64,000 nt of DNA, taken from Actinomycetota bacterium. Lineage in GTDB: Bacteria > Actinomycetota > Acidimicrobiia > Acidimicrobiales > Ilumatobacteraceae. The stretch lies in contig RGCG01000003.1 in NCBI GenBank assembly GCA_009919275.1, positions 5,455 through 69,454 on the forward strand, written 5' to 3'. This document shows positions 26,604 to 36,612 of this stretch, piece by piece. Each line of letters begins with the position of its first letter. Positions within the stretch are counted from its first letter, which is position 1. The position numbers were made by a program, and so were the translations under genes. Below the pieces are notes generated by a model, which did not search any database, was not told where the DNA came from, and worked only from the letters and a program-made list of their open reading frames with translations.

Positions 26604-29600
26604 GTGCTTGGTTCATTTCGTCCTGCAGTCGCGGAATGGTTCACGTCGTCATTCCCCGAACCAACGCCGCCGCAGTCCGCGGGTTGGCCGCGTATCGCGG
26701 CAAAGGAGCACACACTCATTTGCGCGCCGACGGGAAGCGGAAAGACGCTCACCGCGTTCTTGTGGTCGATCAACGAACTTGTCACGTCGCCCCCACCGCC
26801 GGTTGGGGAACGCACGCGTGTGCTCTATGTCTCACCTCTGCGGGCGCTTGCATTCGACGTCGAGAAGAATCTGCGGGCACCGCTCACGGGTATTGCCCTG
26901 GCAGCCGAACGGCGCGGCGAGACCTTGAACGACGTAACGGTTGGTCTGCGCACCGGTGACACGCCGACGCGCGATCGCCAAGCAATGTTGCGTCGTCCTC
27001 CCGACCTGCTCATCACCACTCCCGAGAGCCTCTATCTCATGCTCACGTCGCAGGCACGCAAGACGTTGGTCAACGTCGACACCGTGATCATCGACGAAAT
27101 TCACGCGCTTGCGGGTACGAAACGCGGGGCACACCTCATGCTCAGTCTCGAACGGTTGTGCGAGATCACCCGCGTCGAGCCGCAGCGCATCGGGCTTTCG
27201 GCAACGCAGAGACCGCTCGAGGAAACCGCGCGCTTTCTCGGCGGATTCTCCGCTGGTCAGCCACGTCCCGTCTCCATTGTCGATGCCGGGGTACGCAAGC
27301 CTCTCGAAATCGAGGTCCGTGTGCCCGTCGAGGACATGGGTGACCTCGGTCGACGATCCGACACACCGCAACTTGTGAGCGGCCCCGCCACGGCTGCTCT
27401 CACGCCGCGTCGAGCCAGCATTTGGCCAAGCCTTTATCCGCAGATTCTGCAAGAGATACTCGCGCACCGCAGCACCATCATCTTCTGCAACGCACGACGC
27501 CAGGCCGAGCGCCTCGCGGCCAGTCTCAACGAACTCGCGGCGAGTGAGGGTCTTTCCGGCGACCTCGTGCGTGCCCACCACGGTTCGCTTGCGCGCGAGC
27601 AGCGCATCATCATCGAAGATCAGCTGAAAAAGGGCAAACTTCGCGGCCTCGTGGCGACATCGAGTTTGGAACTCGGAATCGACATGGGCGCGGTCGATCT
27701 TGTCATTCAAGTCGAGTCACCCGGAGCCGTCAGCAGGGGACTGCAGCGCATCGGCCGTGCCGGACACAGTGTTGGCGAGCCCAGCCGAGGGCGTCTTTTT
27801 CCGAAGCACAGAGGCGATCTTCTCGAGTCGGCGGTGGTGGTGCGGCGCATGGTCGACGGTCACATCGAATCGACCCGGTATCTGCGCAATCCGCTCGATG
27901 TCCTCGCGCAACAAATCGTCGCGCACGTTGCGATCGGCGGTGAGACCGATGTCGAGGAACTCGCGGTCGTCATTCGACGTTGCGCGAACTTCGCCGAAAT
28001 CTCCGACGAAATTCTCCACAACGTTCTCGACCTCCTCGCGGGTCGCTATCCGAGCACCGAATTCAACGAGTTACGTCCGCGAATCGTGTGGGACCGTGTC
28101 ACCAATCGGGTTCGTGCCCGCGATGGCGCTCAACGTCTTGCGGTCACCAACGGCGGCACCATCCCCGACCGTGGTCTCTTCGGTGTTTTTCTTCCCGACG
28201 GAACAAGGGTGGGTGAACTCGACGAGGAGATGGTCTACGAGAGCCGCCCCGGCGAAACCTTTCTGTTGGGCGCATCCACGTGGCGAATCGAGGACATCAC
28301 CTTCCAAAAAGTCATCGTCACACCCGCGCCCGGTGAACCGGCGAAGATGCCCTTTTGGCATGGCGATCTGCTGGGCCGCCCCGTCGAACTCGGGCGTGCC
28401 GTGGGTGAATTCCAGCGTCGTATCCGGGAAATGCCCGTCGACGAGGCGTTGAAAACGCTCTCCACCGATCACTTCCTCGATGCATATGCCGCGGCCAACG
28501 TCGTCAACTATCTCACCGAACAGGCCGAGGCCACCGGCGTCGTTCCGAGCGACACCACGATCGTTGTCGAACGTTTTCGTGATGAACTCGGCGATTGGCG
28601 GATCTGCATTCATTCGCCATTCGGCGTTCCGGTGCACGCGCCGTGGTCGATGGCCATCCAGCGACACCTCCGCGATCGGCTCGACATGCCCGTGGAAACC
28701 ATGTACGCCGACGACGGCATCGTGCTCAGGCTTCCCGAAGCTCTCGACTCGATTCCGCTCGACGACCTCATGCTCGACCCAGAGGGAATCGAAGAGGCAA
28801 TCGTCACGGCACTTCCCGAAACCGCCTTGTTCGCCGCCCGTTTCCGCGAGTGCGCCGGTCGGGCACTGTTGCTGCCCCGACGACGGCCGGACCAGCGCAC
28901 GCCCCTGTGGCAGCAACGTCAGCGTGCGGCCGATCTGCTCGCGGTTGCCAGCAAGTACCCAACGTTTCCGATGCTGCTCGAGGCCAGCCGTGAGTGCCTG
29001 CAGGACGTGTTCGACGTGCCCGGTCTGCGCGACATTCTCACGCAAGTGCGCGCCCGGCGCATCAAGGTGGTCGCCGTCGACACGGCAAAGGCGTCACCGT
29101 TCGCGCAGAGCCTGCTCTTCAACTGGGTCGCGCAGTACATGTATGAAGGTGATGCACCGCTCGCCGAGCGTCGGGCGGCTGCGCTCTCCCTCGATCGTGA
29201 CTTGTTGAACGAACTTCTCGGAACAGAGGAACTCCGCGAGTTGCTCGATGCAGGGGCCATCGCCGATGTCGAATTGTCCGCACAGTGTCTTGTCGACGGT
29301 CGACGAGCCCGCACCGATGACGAGCTCCACGATGTCTTCCGAAAGGTTGGGGATCTCTCGCGTACCGAAGTCGCGATGCGAATCGAGTCGGGACTCGAAG
29401 GTGCACTCGACCGGTTGCTTGCCGAGCGTCGTGTCATCGCGGTCACCTTTGCGGGCGACGAGCGGTTTGTTGCGGCACAAGATGCCGCCATGTACCGAGA
29501 TGCCCTCGGGTGCGCGTTGCCGTTGGGACTGCCCCGCGATTTCACCGAGCCGGTTCCGCGTCCGCTCGAAGTCCTCGTGTCCCGCTACGCGCGAACTCAC

Positions 29601-31106
29601 GCACCGTTTCTCGTAGCGTCCGTCGCGGGTCGTTTCGGCGTGCCAATCGAACGGGTCCTCGGCGCCCTTCGCGCGCTCGACGCCGACGGTCGCATCGTGC
29701 TCGGTGCCTTCCGTCCCGATGGCGTCGAACGCGAATGGTGTGATGTCGAAATCCTGCGTCAGATTCGCCGTCGGTCACTTGCTGCGCTGCGACGCGAGGT
29801 CGAGCCGGTCGACCAATCGGTGTTTGCCCGATTTCTCCCGGCCTGGCACGGCATTGCCGGATCCGATCCCGCGTCGTCGGGTCGACCATCCGGTCAACGC
29901 GGTGGGCCCGATGCGCTCATCGATGTCATACAGATGCTGCAGGGTGCGGCCATCGTCGCATCGACGCTCGAAACCGACGTGCTGCCACAGCGAGTTCGTG
30001 GTTATCGAGCGGCCGATCTCGATTCACTCTTTGCCAGCGGTGAGGTGGTGTGGGTCGGTGCAGGAGCAATCGGTTCCAACGACGGTCGGGTTCGTTTGTT
30101 CTTCGCCGACCAGATCGACGATGTGCTTCCGGTGTTCGAACGTATCGAGAGCCCGGACGGCCCGTTGCATCAGGCGATTCGCACGGCGCTCAACCAACGC
30201 GGTGCAAGTTTCTGGAACGGTGTCGTTGCAGCGACACCGGGGGCAACCGATGCCGAGCGACTCGGAGCATTGTGGGACCTTGTCTGGGCGGGTGAGGTCA
30301 CGAACGACACGTTTGCGCCGCTTCGGGCCCTGCTTGGCGGTGCGCGCAGTGGTGGGGCGCGTCGTAGTCAGCGACCCACGAGTCGACCGCGCTCGATGCG
30401 ACTCACACGTGTCGGCCCACCTGCCGGCTCGGGGCGCTGGAGCATCTTGCAGCGTGATGGTGACGTCGCAGTCGGCACCGCCGAGTTGCACGCCGTCTCC
30501 CAGCAACTGCTGCAACGACACGGGGTGCTGACTCGCGAAGCCGTTCTCGCCGAAGCGGTCAAAGGTGGATTCGCCGGTGTGTACGGCGTACTGAAGGTCC
30601 TCGAAGAGCGCGGACACGTCCGGCGCGGCTATTTCATCGATGGGCTCGGTGCGGCGCAATTCGCGTTACCGGGTGCCGTCGACCGCTTGCGGGGTTTCCG
30701 TGACGCCGTCGACGTCGAGTTGCACCCCGACGACGCGCCGATGCCTCTGGTGCTTGCATCAACTGATCCCGCCCAACCCTTCGGGTCGGTCATTCCGTGG
30801 CCCGACAATGACGGACGTCCCGCGCGCAGCGCGGCCTCGGTGGTGGTGATCGACAATGGAGACGCCATTGGTTGGTACGACACCCGTTCGGGAAATTTGG
30901 TGCCACTCTTCGATCGGGGCCCTCGATTTGCGCACGGACTTGTCACCGCATTGGCCGCGCTCGGCAAGGACGGACGTGTCAGATCAGTGGAAATTCGCAA
31001 GGTGAACGGCCAGCCGATCGGCGACTACGCGCGACGCGACGAACTCGTCGATGAACTTCGTGCATCGGGCTTCGTCGAGGGCTACCGCGGGTTCGTACTG
31101 CGCTGA
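26604..31106 (+). CDS. lhr: Lhr-type large ATP-dependent DNA helicase
   Basis: WF..SF..PTPPQ, APTGSGKTL, IIDEIHAL and SSLELGID are present, with a long Lhr-specific C-terminal region of about 1500 aa. The start is uncertain: GTG at 26604 or the ORF-track start at 26541. Confidence 0.85.
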   Translation: MLGSFRPAVAEWFTSSFPEPTPPQSAGWPRIAAKEHTLICAPTGSGKTLTAFLWSINELVTSPPPPVGERTRVLYVSPLRALAFDVEKNLRAPLTGIALAAERRGETLNDVTVGLRTGDTPTRDRQAMLRRPPDLLITTPESLYLMLTSQARKTLVNVDTVIIDEIHALAGTKRGAHLMLSLERLCEITRVEPQRIGLSATQRPLEETARFLGGFSAGQPRPVSIVDAGVRKPLEIEVRVPVEDMGDLGRRSDTPQLVSGPATAALTPRRASIWPSLYPQILQEILAHRSTIIFCNARRQAERLAASLNELAASEGLSGDLVRAHHGSLAREQRIIIEDQLKKGKLRGLVATSSLELGIDMGAVDLVIQVESPGAVSRGLQRIGRAGHSVGEPSRGRLFPKHRGDLLESAVVVRRMVDGHIESTRYLRNPLDVLAQQIVAHVAIGGETDVEELAVVIRRCANFAEISDEILHNVLDLLAGRYPSTEFNELRPRIVWDRVTNRVRARDGAQRLAVTNGGTIPDRGLFGVFLPDGTRVGELDEEMVYESRPGETFLLGASTWRIEDITFQKVIVTPAPGEPAKMPFWHGDLLGRPVELGRAVGEFQRRIREMPVDEALKTLSTDHFLDAYAAANVVNYLTEQAEATGVVPSDTTIVVERFRDELGDWRICIHSPFGVPVHAPWSMAIQRHLRDRLDMPVETMYADDGIVLRLPEALDSIPLDDLMLDPEGIEEAIVTALPETALFAARFRECAGRALLLPRRRPDQRTPLWQQRQRAADLLAVASKYPTFPMLLEASRECLQDVFDVPGLRDILTQVRARRIKVVAVDTAKASPFAQSLLFNWVAQYMYEGDAPLAERRAAALSLDRDLLNELLGTEELRELLDAGAIADVELSAQCLVDGRRARTDDELHDVFRKVGDLSRTEVAMRIESGLEGALDRLLAERRVIAVTFAGDERFVAAQDAAMYRDALGCALPLGLPRDFTEPVPRPLEVLVSRYARTHAPFLVASVAGRFGVPIERVLGALRALDADGRIVLGAFRPDGVEREWCDVEILRQIRRRSLAALRREVEPVDQSVFARFLPAWHGIAGSDPASSGRPSGQRGGPDALIDVIQMLQGAAIVASTLETDVLPQRVRGYRAADLDSLFASGEVVWVGAGAIGSNDGRVRLFFADQIDDVLPVFERIESPDGPLHQAIRTALNQRGASFWNGVVAATPGATDAERLGALWDLVWAGEVTNDTFAPLRALLGGARSGGARRSQRPTSRPRSMRLTRVGPPAGSGRWSILQRDGDVAVGTAELHAVSQQLLQRHGVLTREAVLAEAVKGGFAGVYGVLKVLEERGHVRRGYFIDGLGAAQFALPGAVDRLRGFRDAVDVELHPDDAPMPLVLASTDPAQPFGSVIPWPDNDGRPARSAASVVVIDNGDAIGWYDTRSGNLVPLFDRGPRFAHGLVTALAALGKDGRVRSVEIRKVNGQPIGDYARRDELVDELRASGFVEGYRGFVLR

Positions 31107-31113
31107 AAGAGCG

Positions 31114-31713
31114 TCAGATGGGCTTGCGGCCGATGGACCGCAGGCCGGCCCATGCGAGCGAGGCAAGTTGCTCGCCGACGATGTTCGGATCGAATTTGGT
31201 CGCGCGTTGAATGAGGTGACGTGATGCGCCCTCGCTCATTCCGATCAATGCGTGCGCGATGATGCGTTGCTGTTCGGTGTCGACGTCGGCTTCGATGAGT
31301 GGAGCGATCATCTCGGCGGTGGTCTTCTCGATGCGGGCCGAGACCGCCGCGAATTCTTCGTCGCGACGTGTGCCGCTGCCGAAGAGAAGCATGAATGCAT
31401 CGGGGTCATTCATGACCCATCTGAAATAGGCGACCATGCCGGCGGTGGTCTTTTCGCGACCGGATGCCGCCTCGTGCGTCGCCTCGCGGATCGTTTCGAT
31501 CATCTTCTCGCCGACCGCTTCCAGGGCCGCAATGAACAGGGCGCGCTTCGAATCAAAGTGTTGGTAGAGCACCGGTTTGGTGACGCCGGCGGCATCGGCA
31601 ACGTCGTTCATCGACGATTTGTGGAAGCCCTTCTGGGCAAAGACCTTGAGTGCCACACCGAGGAGTTGTTCGCGTCGCTCGGTCGCGGTGAGGCGGGTGG
31701 GGGCCATGCTCAT
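31114..31713 (-). CDS. TetR-family transcriptional regulator
   Basis: The N-terminal HTH is FHKSSMNDVADAAGVTKPVLYQHF. The length is 199 aa. Confidence 0.85.
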   Translation of the reverse strand: MSMAPTRLTATERREQLLGVALKVFAQKGFHKSSMNDVADAAGVTKPVLYQHFDSKRALFIAALEAVGEKMIETIREATHEAASGREKTTAGMVAYFRWVMNDPDAFMLLFGSGTRRDEEFAAVSARIEKTTAEMIAPLIEADVDTEQQRIIAHALIGMSEGASRHLIQRATKFDPNIVGEQLASLAWAGLRSIGRKPI

Positions 31714-32036
31714 CGTGGACCTGATTTCTTCGCGGCCTCGGCTTGTTCGCGCTCGCGGTCATCGCGTTCGGCCGCCTTCACGGCGTACCCAAGGACGATT
31801 GAGGGTGCGAGGAGAATCGAGCCGCCGACGAGTCCGAACGTCATGAGACCGACCATGACACCGTTGAATCCGATGGCGAACGCGAAAGCAAAGCACGCCG
31901 TCGTCGCCGCGTAGAGGAGGTAGCCGAGGCGATTGGCGAGCAAGGTGTACTTGGCAACCTGCGCGCGGCGCGCGCGCACCGGGTCAATCGGCTCGTAGCC
32001 GATCGGTGAGGAAGGGGAGGGGAGCCCTGAGGTCAT
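31710..32036 (-). CDS. Small membrane protein (2-3 TM), unknown function
   Basis: I chose the internal ATG at 32034-32036. The hydrophobic segments are YLLYAATTACFAFAFAIGFNGVMVGLMTFGLVGGSILLAPSIVLGY. It overlaps the TetR gene by 4 nt. Confidence 0.5.
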   Translation of the reverse strand: MTSGLPSPSSPIGYEPIDPVRARRAQVAKYTLLANRLGYLLYAATTACFAFAFAIGFNGVMVGLMTFGLVGGSILLAPSIVLGYAVKAAERDDREREQAEAAKKSGPR

Positions 32037-32048
32037 ACAGTCATACCG

Positions 32049-32825
32049 ATGGTAGAGGTGAACGGCGAAAAAGGCCCCAACGGACAAAACGACGGATCCG
32101 TCACGCTCGAATGGCACCAAGCACACGTGGCCGTGGTGACGATTCGGCGGCCGCACCGCAGGAATGCGGTCGATCTTGCGACCCTGCGACGCATGGTCGA
32201 GCACCAAACAACCGTGGCCGGCCGGGCACGGGTCGTCGTTCTGACGGGTGAGCCGCCGGCCTTTTGTGCGGGGGCCGACCTCACCGGTGTCGAGGGCGAC
32301 GAGTTCGCCGATGCACTCGGTCGTGCGCTTCGCGGGTTCACTCAATTGCCCTGCATCACGTTGGCGGCGGTGGACGGGCCCGCGATGGGAGCCGGCACCC
32401 AGTTGGCGCTCGCGTGCGACCTTCGCATGGCGACAGCAACGAGTCGATTCGGAATTCCCGCAGCCAAGCTCGGGCTCTCCGTTGATCAATGGACGATCGA
32501 ACGCGCGAGTCACGAATTCGGATGGCCGATTGCGCGGCACATGCTTCTCGGCACGGGTGTCTATTCGGCTGAGCAACTGCTCGTGCAAGGCGGTGTGCAT
32601 CGTCTCGGTGGGCTCGCCGAGGCGCTCGAGTGGGCCGACGATCTCGCAGATCTCGCACCGCTCACCATTCAGGCACACAAGCGCGGCCTCGAAGCGGTTG
32701 CCGAGCGTCTCGTGGTCGATGCGCGATTCGACGAGCTGCGGACGCGGGCGTGGGCAAGCCAAGACGCGCTCGAAGGACCGCGCGCATTTCTTGAAAAGCG
32801 CCCCCCGAGGTTCGAGGGCCGGTGA
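32049..32825 (+). CDS. Enoyl-CoA hydratase/isomerase (crotonase) family protein
   Basis: RRNAVD, FCAGADL and GPAMGAGTQLALACDLR are present. The length is 258 aa. Confidence 0.85.
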   Translation: MVEVNGEKGPNGQNDGSVTLEWHQAHVAVVTIRRPHRRNAVDLATLRRMVEHQTTVAGRARVVVLTGEPPAFCAGADLTGVEGDEFADALGRALRGFTQLPCITLAAVDGPAMGAGTQLALACDLRMATATSRFGIPAAKLGLSVDQWTIERASHEFGWPIARHMLLGTGVYSAEQLLVQGGVHRLGGLAEALEWADDLADLAPLTIQAHKRGLEAVAERLVVDARFDELRTRAWASQDALEGPRAFLEKRPPRFEGR

Positions 32826-32829
32826 ATCG

Positions 32830-33828
32830 TCACGTGCTCGCAGGCAGCAGCATGTTGATGAAGTGGTACCAGTAGAAGAGCACCACGACAAAAGGCACCG
32901 CGGCAACGGCCCACGATGCAACCCGTGCATTGCGACGACGATGACCGCGGCGCATCAGTGCACGTCGCCCGAAATGCGTCGCGAATGCGATGGCAACCAG
33001 CGCAAGACCGAGAAGGAGTGCGGGGACGATTGCTCCCGTGTCGGAGAACCATCCGTCGAGTTCGATCGACTCAACCGCATCGTCTTCTGGCGCTGTCGTA
33101 GTGGGCACGGTCGTAACAGGCACGGTCGTAACCGGCACGGTTGAAGTGGGCACGGGCTCGGCGGGGGCGGGTTCGGCGATTGGTTCGGTCGAGACCAAGT
33201 CGGCGACGACGATCAACCTTTTCGCCGTACTCCAGCGTGGATGACACGTGACGAGCGTGAGCAGAGTGCGACCATCCTGCGGGCGCAACAGATCGGTGCG
33301 ATTCGGGGCAACAATGAGCACGTCGCTGACGGTGTAGTTGAAACGACCCTTGACGGTCGTCACGCGGATCTCGTCGCCGATGGACACTTTGTCGAGCTTC
33401 GCGAACGGCGCGCCATAGGTGGTTCGGTGACCGGCGATTGCGCTGTTTCCCTGTTCGCCGGGGAGCGCCGTGCCCTCGATGTGTCCGGGGCCGTGACGCA
33501 GAGCGGATACCGAAGCGCCGTTCACCACGATGTCCGCGACGCTCGCCGACGGAATTTCAAGAAGTGCGAGTGCCGAATTCGGTCGTTGCGGCGAGTCGAC
33601 TCGTTCCGCGGTCGATTCGGTACTCGCCGTTGGGGTGGCGGTCGTCGGCGTCGTCGAGATCAATTCGCTGAACTCGTCGCGAAGTCGACTCTGGGCCCGT
33701 TGCTGTTCGAGACCCGTTCCCCACAGCTGGTAGACGACGAGGCCGAGCAGCAAGAGACCCGCGGTGATGAGGGTACGACCGACGATTCCGAGCACGGAGT
33801 CGAGTCGCTTGCGGCTCCGTACGTTCAT
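32830..33828 (-). CDS. Class E-like sortase with an N-terminal TM anchor, a P/T-rich spacer and an additional C-terminal membrane region
   Basis: IAGHRTTYG (His) and TLVTCHP (TLxTC Cys) are present. The start is the ATG at 33826-33828 (MNVRSRKRL). The C-terminal hydrophobic segments are ALLLGLALVAIAF and WAVAAVPFVVVLFYWY. Confidence 0.75.
   Translation of the reverse strand: MNVRSRKRLDSVLGIVGRTLITAGLLLLGLVVYQLWGTGLEQQRAQSRLRDEFSELISTTPTTATPTASTESTAERVDSPQRPNSALALLEIPSASVADIVVNGASVSALRHGPGHIEGTALPGEQGNSAIAGHRTTYGAPFAKLDKVSIGDEIRVTTVKGRFNYTVSDVLIVAPNRTDLLRPQDGRTLLTLVTCHPRWSTAKRLIVVADLVSTEPIAEPAPAEPVPTSTVPVTTVPVTTVPTTTAPEDDAVESIELDGWFSDTGAIVPALLLGLALVAIAFATHFGRRALMRRGHRRRNARVASWAVAAVPFVVVLFYWYHFINMLLPAST
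33104..33148 (-). repeat. Tandem 15-nt coding repeat (3 copies) in the sortase P/T spacer
   Basis: The copies are ggcacggtcgtaaca / ggcacggtcgtaacc / ggcacggttgaagtg. On the minus strand they encode VPVTTVPVTTVP. Confidence 0.85.
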
Positions 33829-33880
33829 TGGAGGGAACGCTAGTGGGTTGTCGTGCTTTCGGGTCTGTAGCGTCTGCACG

Positions 33881-34537
33881 GTGGGTGAGACATCCGTCGT
33901 TGATGTTCGCGACGCCGTCGTGCTTCTCGGCTCGTTCCCGGCACTTGCCGAGGCAAATGTACGAATCAACGCGGGTGAACTCGTCGTCGTTCACGGACCG
34001 AACGGCGCGGGTAAGACAACGTTGCTCAGGTTGTGTGCGGGACTCCTGCCACTCTCGCGCGGCTCGGCGCGCATCATGGGTTTCGACATCGAGGCCGAAC
34101 GCTCCTTGGTGAGGGCGAGCGTCGGCTTTCTCGGCCACGCGAACGGGTTGTACCTCGACTTGACGGCCGGCGAGAACCTTTCGTTCTGGGGCCATGTCGT
34201 TGGCGCGAATCGCGAAGAGGTCACCGCCGCGGCGGTACGTATGGGACTCAATGACAGGTTGCTGGCAACACCGGTCGCGCGCCTGTCCGCGGGACAGAAG
34301 CGGCGGACGGCGCTCGCCGTCATGGCCGTTCGTCGTGCTTCGTTGTGGTTGCTCGATGAACCGCACGCCGGTCTCGACGCGGCGGGGCGTGACGAGATCG
34401 ATGCACTGCTGCGCGATGCCGTTGCTGCGGGTGCCACTGTCGTCATTGCGTCGCACGAGCTCGAGCGCTCGGCGTCCCTCGCATCCCGTCGGATCGAAGT
34501 TGTCGGCGGGAGAATCATCGAGCAGGGCGAACGATGA
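33881..34537 (+). CDS. ccmA: Heme exporter ATP-binding protein CcmA
   Basis: [17 protein letters not shown] and WLLDEPHAGLD are present. The GTG at 33881 is in the frame of the 33764 ORF. It is the first gene of the ccm cluster. Confidence 0.8.
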   Translation: MGETSVVDVRDAVVLLGSFPALAEANVRINAGELVVVHGPNGAGKTTLLRLCAGLLPLSRGSARIMGFDIEAERSLVRASVGFLGHANGLYLDLTAGENLSFWGHVVGANREEVTAAAVRMGLNDRLLATPVARLSAGQKRRTALAVMAVRRASLWLLDEPHAGLDAAGRDEIDALLRDAVAAGATVVIASHELERSASLASRRIEVVGGRIIEQGER

Positions 34538-35232
34538 GCGCGTCGATCAATCGAACATTCGGCATCGCAAAGGCGGTGGCGTCGAAGGATCTGCGTGTCG
34601 AAATGCGCAGTCGCGTCATGACCAATCAGATTCTCCCGTTCGCCGCAATCGTGATGGTGCTCTTTGCGTTCGCGCTCGACAACGATGGCGTTTTGCAGCG
34701 GGTTGCGCCCGGCCTCGTCTGGATGGCGACTCTCTTCACTTCCCTCGTCGTGGTGCAGCGAAGTTTCGCCGTCGAGGCCGCTGACTCGGCGATCGATGCA
34801 CTTCGCGTCGCAGGTGTCGCTCCACAGGGCGTTTACCTTGGCAAGGTCGCGGCGCTCGTCGTGCAACTTGTCGCATTCGAAGCGGTTCTCGCCTTCCTCG
34901 CCTTGATCTTGTACAGGGTCAACGTCGACGCGCACGGTGCTGTGTTGCTGGTCACAACCTGCTTGCTCGGTTCGCTCGGGATCGCCGCGCTTGCAGCCGT
35001 CTATGGAGGTCTGAGTATCGCGGGACGGGGCCGCGAGACCCTTCTCCCGTTGTTGCTGCTTCCCGCGGTTGCTCCGGTGCTGATTGGTGCGACGCGAGCC
35101 ACCGAGTCGGCTTTCGGGTCCGATGGGGCGCGCGTCGTGGAGGGATGGCCATGGGTGGGTCTGCTCGCCGTGTTTGGCGCGGTCTTCCTGTTTGGTGGAA
35201 CACTGGGGTTCGGCCCCCTCACCGACGAGTAG
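34534..35232 (+). CDS. ccmB: Heme exporter membrane protein CcmB
   Basis: The protein is six-TM-like, overlaps ccmA by 4 nt, and sits in the CcmB position. Confidence 0.75.
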   Translation: MSASINRTFGIAKAVASKDLRVEMRSRVMTNQILPFAAIVMVLFAFALDNDGVLQRVAPGLVWMATLFTSLVVVQRSFAVEAADSAIDALRVAGVAPQGVYLGKVAALVVQLVAFEAVLAFLALILYRVNVDAHGAVLLVTTCLLGSLGIAALAAVYGGLSIAGRGRETLLPLLLLPAVAPVLIGATRATESAFGSDGARVVEGWPWVGLLAVFGAVFLFGGTLGFGPLTDE

Positions 35233-35243
35233 CCAACCAGAAC

Positions 35244-35996
35244 ATGCCAAGCGCAACCGCAAGCGTCCCCCCGCCGACACGAACGGCAGCGACGCGCAAC
35301 CTCGGGCTCCTTGCCATTGCCGGATCCGTCGTTCTCGCACTTCTTGGTCTCATCTTCACTGCCGAAGACGTCGACCAGGGCAGCAGCGTTCGCATCATGT
35401 ACGTGCACGTGCCGACCGCATGGGTGGCTTACCTCGCGTTCGTCTTCACCGCCGTCTGTTCGGCGGGTCATTTGTGGGGCAAGAAGCACTCACTCAATCT
35501 CGACCGACTTGCAGGTGCCTCGGCCGAAGTGGGTGTCATTTTCATGGGCGTCACCCTCGTCACGGGCAGTCTCTGGGGCCGACTCTCGTGGGGTACCTAT
35601 TGGCAGTGGGATCCGCGGCTCACAACGACGGCGTTTCTCTTCGTCACGTACATCGGCTACCTCGCCGTCCGCGGCCTCGGGGGCACACAACGCCAGCGTG
35701 CGAAGCGTTCGGCCATCGTTGCGCTCTTTGCGGTTCTCGAGATTCCGCTGGTTCACTTCAGCGTCGTCATTTGGCGCTCACTCCATCAGCAAGCAACGGT
35801 CCTGCGGCCGAACGGCGATGTCACGATGGATGGACTCATGCTCTTTTCGTTGATCTTTGGGGTCGCGGTCTTCACGACGATCTTCGCGTGGCTGGTTCTG
35901 CACCGCAATCGGGTTCTTGCCATGGAAGATGCCATGGAACTGCGTGGGATCGACACGGCGCTTGCCGCCCGACGTTCCGAAGAGGTGTCATCGTGA
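35244..35996 (+). CDS. ccmC: Heme exporter / heme-handling protein CcmC
   Basis: The Trp-rich WWD motif is GSLWGRLSWGTYWQWDPRL, with conserved His-containing loops. The ATG at 35244 is in the frame of the 35145 ORF. Confidence 0.85.
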   Translation: MPSATASVPPPTRTAATRNLGLLAIAGSVVLALLGLIFTAEDVDQGSSVRIMYVHVPTAWVAYLAFVFTAVCSAGHLWGKKHSLNLDRLAGASAEVGVIFMGVTLVTGSLWGRLSWGTYWQWDPRLTTTAFLFVTYIGYLAVRGLGGTQRQRAKRSAIVALFAVLEIPLVHFSVVIWRSLHQQATVLRPNGDVTMDGLMLFSLIFGVAVFTTIFAWLVLHRNRVLAMEDAMELRGIDTALAARRSEEVSS

Positions 35997-36127
35997 AGCA
36001 CGCCGACTTCATCATTGTGAGTTGGCTGCTCTCGTTTGGGCCCGTCATGTTCTATGCCTGGCGCAACGCACGTCGGGCGCGACACATCAACCCACTCGTC
36101 GACGAGGCCGACAAGCCATGGACCTGA
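35993..36127 (+). CDS. ccmD: CcmD-like small membrane protein
   Basis: The length is 44 aa, with a single TM (FIIVSWLLSFGPVMFYAW) followed by basic residues. The GTG overlaps the ccmC stop (GTGA). It sits between ccmC and ccmE. Confidence 0.55.
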   Translation: MKHADFIIVSWLLSFGPVMFYAWRNARRARHINPLVDEADKPWT

Positions 36128-36612
36128 GCCCGCGCCAACCAACCGTCGGGCCGGCTGAATCGAGTCGACCGAAGTCGTCGCGCCGGCGGTGGATCTCGAT
36201 GGGAATCCTGGCAGCCGCGATCGTTGCGGGTGGGGTCGTCGTCACGCAGTTTCTCTCGTCTGCCATCGACTACTACTGCAACGTCGATGAAGTCGGGGTT
36301 CGCGACGGATGCGAGTCCGACCGCCGACTGCGCGTCCAGGGCACGGTCGAACAGGGCAGCATCAAGCAGGCCGCCGGCACGACGACGTTCGAGATGTCGT
36401 TCAACGCCGTGACTCTCGACGTTCGCTACGACGGCGACCCCGGCGGCGTGTTCCAGGAGTGCATTCCGGTGGTGGCGCACGGGCGCATGGTGAGCGGAGT
36501 CTTCCTCAGTGATCGCATCGAGGTGAAGCACTCGAATACATACGTGGCAAAGAACAAGAACCGATTGGACGAGGCCGAGGAGGCTGCCGATGCCTGCAGC
36601 CGTGTGGGCTAG
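36118..36612 (+). CDS. ccmE: Cytochrome c-type biogenesis heme chaperone CcmE
   Basis: The N-terminal TM anchor, an OB-fold-like body (RLRVQGTV...) and an HxxxY heme-binding motif (KHSNTY) are present. Confidence 0.8.
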   Translation: MDLSPRQPTVGPAESSRPKSSRRRWISMGILAAAIVAGGVVVTQFLSSAIDYYCNVDEVGVRDGCESDRRLRVQGTVEQGSIKQAAGTTTFEMSFNAVTLDVRYDGDPGGVFQECIPVVAHGRMVSGVFLSDRIEVKHSNTYVAKNKNRLDEAEEAADACSRVG

